Assembly (NCBI GenBank): GCA_951406725.2
Contig: OX597834.1
Location: 46,902,042 to 46,966,041 of the forward strand
Direction: 5' to 3'
DNA: 64,000 nt
Source: Octopus vulgaris
Taxonomy: Eukaryota
The notes under the pieces were generated by a model that was given only the letters and a program-made list of their open reading frames with translations, did no database searches and was not told where the DNA came from. Positions 17,400 to 32,760 of the stretch are shown here, piece after piece. The position numbers were made by a program, and so were the translations under genes. Positions within the stretch are counted from its first letter, which is position 1; each line of letters opens with the position of its first letter.

Positions 17400-17870
17400 A
17401 AAAAGGTTTGAAAATGCAATTTAAACGATGTTTATTTACTTAACCGGTTTCACTCTTTGGTAAAAGATTGTCAAAAGTTACATTTAAGGAAACATTGAAT
17501 AATATGGGTTCAAAAAAAGTTTTTTACATAATTGTCACATTGAATATTATGAATTCAAAAAAGTTTTTTACATAATTGTCACATTGGATATTATGAATTC
17601 AAAAATGTTTTTTTGTACATAATTGTCACATTACATGTATAAATATAGTGTTTGGTAACAGAGCAGTTCAATAGTGTGATGAGAATATTTGGGAAAATTT
17701 GGCAGAAAAGGATAAAACAAATATATTATTGGGAATTGGTTGCGTTAATTATTGGTTGTCGCAAATTGTCACATTACATGTATATATATACAATCTTTGG
17801 TATATATATACAGCCTTTTGACAGCAAAAATTAAAATGGATTTTTTATACATCTCAGAATATTTTAAGTT
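17400..17870 (-). mobile_element. Penelope-like remnant with degenerate minimal hammerhead and ~48-bp tandem repeat
   Basis: Reverse complement of 17438-17479 reads ACTT-TTGACAA-TCTTT..AAAGA-GT-GAAAC-CG-GTT-AAGT; three copies of TACATAATTGTCACATT at 17525-17632. Confidence 0.45.
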
Positions 17871-18015
17871 CAAGGCGAGAATATGTTTTTACTGACCTGT
17901 CGGTATTAGCAGAAAGGCTGAACTGAGAGAAAAGAAGTAGCCAATGTGGTGTATACTTCCCCTTTATGCATGAATGATTTTGGGGTTATCAGGAGGTTAG
18001 TATGCGGGTGTGAAT

Positions 18016-20845
18016 AGATCCATTTCAGTAACTTTCCAGAGACACCAATGTTGGATAGTTTTTTCAATAGGATCTTGTGATCGACCCTGTCGAAGGCCTT
18101 ACTGAAATCAAGGTAGATGACATCGGTGTTGGAGTCCTCTCCCAAAGCTCTCAAAATGTCCTCAAAGTGATGCAGGAGCTGCGTTAGGCAGTCCCTTCCA
18201 TTACGGAACCCATGTTGGTTGGAGATCAGCCGTCTGTTGCTTTCCAGAAATTGGGTTATTCGAGATCTCACCACCCTCTCAAATACCTTGATGATATGAG
18301 AGGTGAGTGAGATCGGACGGTAATTCACTGCAAGGGACTTGTTTCCCTTTTTGAAAACTGGGACAACAGACTGGGACAGAAGGTTTTTTGGAATATAGCC
18401 AGCATCCAGTGAGTTTCTCCACAGATTAGCAAGGGGAGATGCAAGTTGGTGTCGACACACCTTCAGGACACAAGCAGGGAACCTATCGGGGCCTACTGCT
18501 GAATTGTGTTTTATTTCGTTTATCGCCGCTAAGACATCAGGGGCACTAAACGTTATGTCCGATATAGTGTGTTGGGGGTTGACATCACTGATACAGCCCA
18601 GATCGGCCATATCAGGATTGCTGAAAACAGAGCAGTATTGTTTCTGCAGTATCTCGGCCATGGATTTGGCATTATCTTGGAGAGTGCCAGTTTCGTCAAT
18701 TAGAGGGCCTACAGTGGAGACAGTGACCCTGCGTTTCCTCGCAAATGAAAAGAACACTTTGGGGTTGAGTTTGATTTTTTCAATGGCCCACTTCTCCTCA
18801 GCTAATCTTTGGTTATTGATGAGGGTCTTCATGCATTGTTGGAGGTTATATTTTTTGGATTCAAGCAGTGCGATAGCCGTCGAATGTGTGTGTTGCTGTT
18901 GGCAGTACTTTAGTTTGTTAATTTTTTTGTTTGTTCTTTTTATTTTTCTGATAATGGTTTTTCTGTTTTGGGGGATTCTGCACTTTTTGTTCACAGGTCT
19001 TGGTGGGGAGTGTTTTGCACATATGTCTGTGATGGTGTCTACAAAGATCTGCTAAGATGTTTTATGGTTGGTGGAGATGTGTGTATGTGTAAAGGACCAG
19101 TCAACATGTGATAGCTCGTTCCTGATTGCATCCCAGTTGGCATTATGGAGATCCATGTTGTCAAATGGGTGGGCTGGAGGAAGGTCACTAGGATTAGCTT
19201 TCGGCTGGTGGAATTTCATGTTACAGAGAACCATGTCATGGTCTGAAAGAAGGGTTTTTCCACTGTAACGTTATGTATAGTGTTAGTGTGGTTACTAAAC
19301 ACTAGGTCCAAAATGTTCTGATGTCTTGTTGGTGCAAGGACAAGTTGGGACAAGAAAAACTCATTCGTAAAGTCGAAAAGTGACTCTGCTGCTTCTTTGT
19401 CAGCGGCTGAGGCGGGAGTGCTTGGTTTCAAACAGTTTGTAGTCCAGTCAACACAGGGTAGATTGAAGTCTCCCATCATGAGTATGTTGCTAGAATGGCA
19501 CTGTTGAATAAAGCACTTAATGCTGTTGAGGCATTCTTTAAAGCACAGAATGGGTGTTTGGGGCGGCCTATAGAGCCCAATTACTGTCAGGTCATTGGCT
19601 TTGTTGTGCACGGTGACTGATTCACAGTAGCCGTTGGAGAATATACTATTTCCATCTGCCGTAAATGAATCATGCAGGAAAATGGCAGTTCCACCCTTCC
19701 TCCTGCCGATACGATCCGCGCGGATGGTTGTGAAATTCTTCACTCTCACTTCGGCTTCCAAGTGGGAGTTGTCAAGGTGGGTCTCAGTGAGAATGAAGAA
19801 AGGGATGTGGTGTGAATGGTTACCAACCCAGTCTTCAATGAATTGGACCTTCCATTTTTGTGCATTGATGGAAGGGCTGACACCTTGTGCATTGAGTAGG
19901 AATGTGGAGGTTAGTGTAGTGGCTGGTTTTGACTGTTGCAGGGGGCTTGGATTTTTTGTGCGTGTTAGTGGCAGCAATGTGGGGAATTGGTGCACTGGGG
20001 TAACAGCATAGGATGGTGTTGAGTGATGGCTAGAATGTTTTTGTGTATCTCTTTTGCCATGTTCAACATGGCTAAAAAGAATTTTCCTGCTTAGGGAGCA
20101 GTTTTTGGCTGGAGGTGTGGTTGCACTGTTGGATAGGGTTGTAGTTTCCACTTTTGTTGTTGTTGTTTTTGTGTCTTCCTGAAAAGACTGGACCAGCATT
20201 ACTGCAGCATGGTGTGTTTCTATTTTTATTTTTATTCAGGTTTGTGTGTTGGCTTGAAGCCCCGTTTCTGTTTGTGCGTCGGGTCCCTGGAAGTTGAGTG
20301 AAGGGACAGTCACTCAGTAGACATGTTCTCTCATGTTGGGAATACCGGCAGATTTTGGGACTCCGAGTTGCGTGTGTTTTGAATTTCGATTTACTATTTG
20401 GTGGTGTTGATGTTATTGTGTGATGCGTGCTTTGGCCTTGGCCGGTAGTGCGTCTAGTGCCGGGTAGATGCGTGAAGATGCAGTCACTATTTGTGCAGAG
20501 TCTCTGGCGCAGTGAATAGCGGCATATTTGGGGATTTCTTGTTTGTGCCGTGGGGGGCGCATTCTGCTTCCTATGTTTCTTTAAGTTTTTGTTACTGCAG
20601 TAGTATTGAGGTGGTGATGTGGGGGAAGAGGGCAGTGGTTTCTTATTTGGTTTTCTGTTGGTATTTTTGGTGATAGAAGACGATGGTGGCAGCGGTGGTG
20701 ATGATGATGATAATTGTGGTGGTTACTGTGAGAGCGGTGAAAAGATACTGGCATTTAGTGAATCATCTAGTAAGCTAGAGTTGAGGAGTGGCTGTTGTTG
20801 TTCTTGTTGCTGTGGCTGTTGTTGTTGTTGTTGTTGTGCTTATAT
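18016..20845 (-). mobile_element. CR1/L2-group LINE, second family: 5' UTR, decayed ORF1, APE endonuclease and partial RT; 3' end lost
   Basis: LTETHL, GLYRPP, MGDFNLP, PTRHQNILDL (EN); NYRPISLTS, YLDFSKAFD (RT); RT stops at LLKWI before YADD; frameshifts between ORF pieces; 5' end abuts the giant (TA)n. Confidence 0.85.
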
Positions 20846-20849
20846 ATTG

Positions 20850-24243
<3,394 letters not shown>

Positions 24244-24252
24244 TTATGTGTT

Positions 24253-25880
24253 ATCGACTGGCCTCCATGCTGTGGGCACGTAACAAACACCATCCGATCG
24301 TGGCCGTTCGCCAGCCTCATCCGGCACCTGTGTCGGTGGCACATAAAAACACCATCCGAAGACCCGGCAAGACTAGTCAGGCCATAATCCGTGGCCCCAA
24401 CCTGGGACGTAGTCAGTCCACCTGTGCATACCTTCCTTCTTGTGACACTTGTGAAGACCTTTTGAGGCAAGTGAAAGTGAAAATCAAAATAAAATAGATG
24501 AACATCAATGGAATTTGTATCTTTATGGTACCAGTGCCGGTGGCACACAAGAAAACAATCCGAACGTGGCCGTAGCCAGTACCGCATCGACTGGCCTCCG
24601 TGCTGTGGGCACGTAACAAACACCATCCGATCATGTCCGTTCGCCAGCCTCATCAGGCACCTGTGTCGGTGGCACATAAAAACACCATCTGAAGACCCGG
24701 CAAGACTAGTCAGGCCATAACCCGTGGCCCCTACCTGGGACGTAGTCAGTCCGCCTGTGCATACCTTCCTTCTTGTGACACTTGTGAAGACCTGTTGAGG
24801 CAAGTGATCAAATCAAAACAAATCAAAATAGATGAACATCAATGGAATTTGTATCTTTGTGGTACCAGGGCCGGTGGCACACAAGATAACCATCCGAACA
24901 TGGCCGTAGCCAGTACCGCATCGACTGGCCTCTGTGCTGTGGGCTCATAACAAACACCATCCGATCGTGGCCGTTCGCCAGCCTCATCTGGCACCTGTGT
25001 CGGTGGCACATAAAAGCACCATCCGAAGACCCGGCAAGACTAGTCAGGCCATAACCCGTGGCCTCTACTTGGGACGTAGTCAGTCCACCTGTGCATACCT
25101 TCCTTCTTGTGACACTTGTGAAGACCTGTTGAGACAAGTGATCAAATCAAATCAAATCAAATCAAAATAGATGAACATCAATGGAATTTGTATCTTTGTG
25201 GTACCAGTGCCGGTGGCACACAAGAAAACCATCCGAACGTGGCCGTAGCCAGTACCGCATCGACTGGCCTCCGTGCTGTGGGCACGTAACAAACACCATC
25301 CATCTGGCACCTGTGTCGGAGACACATAAAAACATCATCCGAAGACCCGGCAAGACTAGTCAGGCCATAACCCGTGGCCCCTACCTGGGACGTTGTCAGT
25401 TCACCTGTGCATACCTTCCTTCCTTCTTGTGATACTTGTGAAGACCTGTTGAGGCAAGTGAAAATCAAATCAAATCAAATCAAATCAAAATAGATGAACA
25501 TCAATGGAATTTGTATCTTTGTGGTACCAGTGCCGGTGGCACACAAGAAAACCATCCGAACGTGGCCGTAGCCAGTACGGCATCGACTGGCCTCTGTGCT
25601 GTGGGCACGTAAGAAACACCATCCGATCGTAGCCGTTCGTCAGCCTCGTCTGGCACCTGTGTCGGTGGCACATAAAAACACCATCCGAGCGTGGCCGTTC
25701 GCCAGCCTCGTCTGGCTCCTGTGTTGGTGGCACATAAAATCACCCACTACACTCTCGGAGTGGTTGGCGTTAGGAAGGGCATCCAGCTGTAGAAACACTG
25801 CCAGATCTGACTGGCCTGGTGCAGCCTTCGGGCTCCCCAGACCCCAGTTGAAGCGGACGTTAAATGATGATGATGATGAT
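24253..25880 (+). repeat. Tandem array of ~330-bp units derived from an RTE 3' region, ending in the RTE terminus and (TGA)n
   Basis: Unit starts ATCGACTGGCCTC at 24253, 24586, 24920, 25259 and 25582; units contain (AAATC)n; homologous to 7495-8100. Confidence 0.9.
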
Positions 25881-25960
25881 ATTTATATATATATTTATAT
25901 ATATATTTATATATATATATTTATATATATATTTATATATATATATATTTATATATATAT

Positions 25961-26024
<64 letters not shown>

Positions 26025-26057
26025 TTATATATATATTTATATATATATTTATATATA

Positions 26058-26162
<105 letters not shown>

Positions 26163-26359
26163 TTATATATTTATATTTAGCAAGCACTGACCGATGTTCT
26201 ACGTCCACCGAGGTGAGAATTCTTCCATCCATTCAGGAAGATGCCGAGGTAACCTGGCATTTTCATCTCTTTGAAAAAGATGACAGAGAAATAAAATACT
26301 ATAAAACTGCCCACACCAAATTTTAACTGAGAATTTGTACAACGTCCTTCTCAGTTAAC

Positions 26360-27889
26360 ATGGAAGCTCTTGGAATTGCTGCAGCACTTCTACCAAACTG
26401 GTTTCTCAAAGCCAGATGATCTATCCTTCTTGTGTTCAGTTCATTATTAAATATTATCAGCAGCCACTCATCAATTATACATGTTCCATTAATTAGAACC
26501 ACCACTATAAACAAGTTACAAATCTTCCCAGAAACTGGTCGTTCCCAGCAAACGCCTTACTTTATGTCATCCAGGGACCTACATGGACAGCCAGGACAGG
26601 GTTATTACATTGAGTTTAGTATTGGAAAACCTCCTCAGAAGATGAACATCTTAATTGACACAGGAAGTAGCAACTTTGCTATAGCAGCGACTCCTAATGA
26701 TCTTATCACAAAATACTTCCACAAAGAAGAGTCTTCAACATACAAGAGCAGTTCTACAGAAGTGGAAGTGTCGTACACTCAAGGATTTTGGAAAGGAAGT
26801 CTTGGTACAGACCTTGTCACTTTGGCTGATCTGACCAACCTTACAGTTACTGCTAACATAGCCTGCATCACCGAATCAAAGAACTTCTTCATAAATGGAT
26901 CTGGCTGGCAGGGAATCTTAGGCCTTGCTTATCCTGCAATTGCACGGCCTGACAGTTCTGTGCAGCCATTTTTTGACATCCTTGTTCAACAGACTGGGAT
27001 CCCAAATTTATTCTCTATACAACTGTGTGGATCAGTGACGAATAGGGAGCATCTGGAAACTGGTGGTACTCTGGTTTTGGGCAACATTGATGAAAGTATG
27101 TACCAAGGTCCGATGTACTTCACACCAATCCAGAAAGAGCGGTATTATGAGGTCCTTATTACAGATTTACAAATTGATGGAGTTAGTTTGGGCCTAGACT
27201 GCAAAGAGTACAATTTTGATAAAACCATTGTTGACAGTGGAACCACCAACCTTCGTCTACCAAATACCGTGTTTCAGGCCGTTGTGTCAGAATTGAAGCA
27301 GCGTGTTGTGTTAGACAATCAACCACCGCCTGATCTGTTCTGGGAAGGAAAAGATATGCTATGTCCTAAAGATTCCAAGTTTCCCTTTCACCAGTTTCCT
27401 ACGATCACCATTGCATTAGCCACGGGGAATAATTCTGAGTTTCACTTAATTGTCTCTCCTAGGCAATATTTACGTGCTATTGGGGATGCTTCTGTCTCCC
27501 AAACGGAAAAAGAAGACTGTTTCAAGTTTGCCATAACGAAATCTGATTCTGGTGCTGTCATAGGAGCTGTCATCATGGAAGGCTACTACACTGTATTTGA
27601 CCGAAGCAACAAAACCATAGGATTTGCAGAAACAACTTGTCTCACTGCAAATACAACCACTAAGAAGTCCACAATTGATGGCATATTTCCTAGTAAAGTG
27701 AATACAACAGACTGTTTATACCGTGTTAAGGAACATGATGAAAAGAGTCTCCTGATTGTGGCATATATTATGGCAGGACTGTGTACGTTCTGTGCAGTAC
27801 CATTGATACTGATTGTGGTTCAGTGGGTGAAGAAAAGCTGGAAACAAAGGCAAGAAAGCCATGACACAAACTACAAACTATTCTCTTAA
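26360..27889 (+). CDS. BACE1: Beta-secretase (BACE1/2-like) membrane aspartic protease, intronless; in-frame TGA at 26417-26419
   Basis: GYYIEFSIGKPPQ, ILIDTGSSNFA, YTQGFWKG, WQGILGLAY, LDCKEYNFDKTIVDSGTTNLRLP, VIGAVIMEGYYTVFDR, C-terminal TM helix; open from 26420 to TAA at 27887-27889. Confidence 0.9.
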
Positions 27890-28049
27890 AGATGAAAAAA
27901 AAAAAAAAATCTTTCTTTCAAGCCAAAATAAGTAAAGCTTGAGTTGATTGAGATAAAAAAAAAACAAAAAAATGATAGAATATTATATATATATATATAT
28001 GTCTGTTGAAAGGGGTTTTAGGTTAAAAACGTGCATACACACACAAAAA

Positions 28050-28094
<45 letters not shown>

Positions 28095-28503
28095 TGTTTA
28101 TACCATTTATATGTATTAACTCACACACACACATACACACATACAAACATTGATATCCACACAACAGACAAACAAACAATTGTTATTTTCAGGTTTGGAG
28201 CTGAGTGTATACTTAAGGGTGGGCGGGGATGGATGGGTGGGTGTAGGAATGCTACAGTGGCTGAGGGAAGTAACGCTTGGTATAATGCATTTAACATTGA
28301 CTGCGGGATTTATTTTAAAACATATTATTATGATGATGATGCTGGTGTATATGTGTGCCTGTGTGTGTGTGTGTTTGTATATATATATATATATAAAGCT
28401 GAAAAACTGAAAGGCTGCAATTTCAGTACCCAGTGACTGGTTTCTGATAATCAGCTGGTAAAAAAATGAGTCCTGTAATTTGTCACTTCTGATCAATCAA
28501 CAG

Positions 28504-28538
<35 letters not shown>

Positions 28539-29101
28539 GACACACACACACACACACACATATGTATGTATGTATATATTGAATATTTGGCATTCATTCA
28601 AGAATATATAATAAACTTTATCTTAAATTTGTGAGCAAGATGAATGACTTGATCTCTGTATGTGTGTGTATATGTGTTTATTTATATATATATATATATA
28701 GTGTGTGTGTGTGTATGTATGTGTGTGTGTATATGTATGGTGTGTGTTACTTAGCAGCCTAGAGTTTTGATTGTTTTGAACAGAGTTATCTATCCACTGT
28801 TATTGTGTAAGTGGCTGAGCCTGCCACATGCATTCTTCACATAATACTCAGGTAGACTCAGCATGATAGTATGTGTGTGAGTAAGACAAGGCTGAGCATT
28901 TGAATTAGACATTATACTTCATTGGACAGGCTCCTGCACAGCTTCTTGTCACTCCCTATTAAGTGCTGTGTCCTGGGATTGAGCCCAGCTCCTTATGATT
29001 GCAACATAAATTTCTTCACTTCTTGGTTATATATTTGTTATATATAACCATTGACACACCATGGTGTTTGTGACCATAACTGCATACATATACATGTCAA
29101 A

Positions 29102-29145
<44 letters not shown>

Positions 29146-29159
29146 CACAAACACATTGA

Positions 29160-29351
29160 GGTGGCACGTAAAAAGCACGTAAAAAGCACCCAATCCACTC
29201 ACGGAGTGGTTGGCGTTAGGAAGGGCATCCAGCCGTAGAAACTCTGCCAGATTCAGACTGGAGCCTGGAGCGGCCCCTGGCTTCCCAGACCCGCTCGAAC
29301 CGTCCAACCCGTGCTAGCGCGGAAAGCGGACGTTAAACGATGATGATGATG

Positions 29352-29355
<4 letters not shown>
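29160..29355 (+). mobile_element. RTE 3'-terminus element (SINE-like) with (GAT)n tail
   Basis: GGAGTGGTTGGCGTTAGGAAGGGCATCCAGC..GGACGTTAAACGATGATG; further copies at 12920(-), 35460, 47700 and 56110. Confidence 0.85.
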
Positions 29356-29401
<46 letters not shown>

Positions 29402-29850
29402 GATTGATTGATTGATTGATTGATTCTAGTTTCAGCTTATGAGCTGTGGCCATGCTGGGGCACCGCCATTTGGTGTTGCTACTTGGTTTCACTTCACGAA
29501 AGCTTTCTAGCAACTGCCATTTGGTGCATGAGAGAGTTCGATGCAGCTGCCCTCATCTGCCCCTCCTGCCGTGAAGTTGGTTCATCTGGGACACCTGACA
29601 GGAAGAGATCCAGCTTCATTTTAAAGACATCTGCATCCACCCCATGCAGGTCTCTCAGGTTCTTCGGGAGGATATTGAAGAGCTGTGGGCCTCAGAAGCC
29701 CAGGCTATCACAGAATCTTGTCCTACATCTTGATGGCAAGTTTGGAGTCCTAGGCACCATGCAGTGGCGCCCAGTTCTGGCATTTGCGTAACTCTCGATG
29801 CCAAAGTTCAGGACACGTCCCTCCAGGATCTTCCAGATGTATATTATGGC
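29402..29850 (-). mobile_element. Short 5'-truncated copy of the 242-2831 LINE family, in (TA)n
   Basis: Nearly identical to 243-690 including the (GATT)n tail; (TA)n on both sides. Confidence 0.92.
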
Positions 29851-30506
<656 letters not shown>

Positions 30507-30521
<15 letters not shown>

Positions 30522-32760
30522 CCTAGTTTCAGCTCAGAGCTGCGGCCATGCTGATGCACTGCCGTTTTGTGCTACACTGTTATTGCGAAGAACCTTGTCT
30601 AATATGTGGCACTTGGTGAAGAATGGAGTTTGATACAGCAACTCTCATTTGCACCTCTTGCCGTGAGGTAGGTTCATCTGGGACTCTTGACAGGAAGATG
30701 TCCAGCTTTGATTTAAAAACTGTAACATCTACTTTGTGCAAGTTCCTCAGACTCTTTGGGAGAATATTAAAAAGCTGTGGGCCCTTGAAACCCAGGCTGT
30801 TGCAGTAGCTGGTCCTAAAGCATGATGGCATTGCTGGGATCTTTGGCACTATGCAGTGTCATCCCGTTCTAGCATTGGTGTAGCTTACAATGCCAAACTT
30901 TGGCACAGTTCCTTCCAAGATCTTCCAGACATATATTACTGCATACCTCTCCCGTCTTCTCTCCAGGGAGTAGAGTCTTAGCTGTTTCAACCTTTCCCAG
31001 TAGCTGAGCTGTTGCAAAGAGACGATCTTCTTTGTGAATCTTCTCTGGATTGCTTCAAGGTCCGCTGTTAATTTTACACTGGTGGGTGACCATAGCTGTG
31101 AGCAGTAATCCTGGCGACTGAGGATGAATGTCCACCAGAGGACCATCATGGTTTCCTTATCTCTGGTTCTGAATGTTCTTAGGATTCACCCAGCCAGTCG
31201 TCTGCACTTTGTCGCCATCCTGGTAATGTGCACTTGGAAAGAGGTATCATCACTCATGTCGATACCCAGGTCCCTCACAGACTTAGGCTCTGGGATTGAA
31301 ATTCCCTGTGGACCGGTGTATCCTGTAAGTTTGATATTCAGTTTTCGATGCTGGTAGCACAGGGCCTGGAATTTTTCAGCATTAAACTGCATATTATTAT
31401 CCTCAGCCCATCTGTAGATTGAATCCAACTCCTGCTGCAGGTGTGCAACATCGCTGGGGTTCTGTATTTTCTGCGAGACTGTCGTATCATCTGCATAGCT
31501 GGCCAGAGTGGCTATCCGGGCATTTGAGGGCATATCTGAGAGGGCCACTATAAAAAGCAGTGGTCCCAAGACAGTGCCCAATGGAACACCGCTCACTATT
31601 TGTGTGTTCATAGAGGTGGCTCCATTAACCACTACTCCCTGACTCCTATCTTTCAGGAAGTCATGCAACCACACTCCAAGTTTTCCAGCTATGCTGAGGT
31701 CACATAGTTTGTGGCATATCATACCATGATCCACCTTGTCAAAAGCTTTTGCAAAATCAAAGTAGATAACGTCCACATTTGATTTGTTGAGTAACTGCCT
31801 CAACACCCGGTCATAATGCTGTAAGAGCTGGGTCAGGCAGCTCCTACCTGGTTGAAAACCATGCTGGGTATCACTCAGCATGTTATTTTCCTCAAGGAAT
31901 ACGATTAGTTTCTTTCTGACTAGCCGTTCCATGACTTTGCTGATGTGTGAAGTCAGAGAGATAGGCCTATAGTTTTTGGCATCTGCTCTACTTCCCCCTT
32001 TATGTATTGGGCATATTATTCCCTCCTTCAGCTTGCTTGGCAGTTTGCCATTCGCAAGAAAGCTCTGGAAGAGAATCTTGAGGGGTTTTGCCAGGGCATG
32101 CTTACACGCTTTGAGGAGGATGGCTGGGAAACCATCTGCACCAGCAGCTGATTTTGTGTCCACTTCATCTATGGCTAGTAGGACATCTTTTTTGCTAATG
32201 TCAATACATTCTATAGTAACCGCCTCGCTGGTTATAGGTGAGGCGGCAAAGAAGTCCACTGGTTCGTTCACTTGTCTGTGTTCCAACGGGGTGGTAAAGA
32301 CACTTTTGAACTTGTCATTCAGCATCTCGCTGATCATAGTTGGACTGTCTGTGAGGGAGCCATCCTTTTGGAGGAGGGGTCCTATCTTGTAGTGCACTGA
32401 GACTGTTTCTTTCGTGTAATGAAAGAAGGCCTTTGGGTTTGATTTAATGTTTTTTATAACCCAGGCTTCTTTGTCTGCTTTCTCCTTCACATAGGATTGT
32501 TGCAACTTTTTATCGATCTCCATCAGTGTTGTTTTTAGGTGGGACGTTTCGCTACTTTTGGGATGTTGGTTGAGACGATTAGCAACCTTCGTCCGTCGTC
32601 TCATGAGGATCTTACTGTCTCTTGGAATCTTGCTCCTATTTGTTTTGGCCTTGTGCTCTGGGACATATTTCTGGCATACGGCTTGCACAGAAGACATGAA
32701 ACATTCTAGTTTCATGTCAATGTCTGGTGTGGAGAGACATTCTGGCCAGTCCTCTCTGAC
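30507..32760 (-). mobile_element. CR1/L2-group LINE, sister subfamily with poly(A) tail, 5'-truncated, RT with stops
   Basis: ORF pieces 31186-32715, 30859-31149 and 30580-30849 are homologous to 335-2812; poly(T) at 30507-30521 next to (TA)n. Confidence 0.9.

Noticed and set aside
26417-26419. Selenocysteine codon in BACE
   Set aside because: Located in the signal-peptide region at a non-catalytic position, and no SECIS recognised by eye; a SECISearch run would settle it
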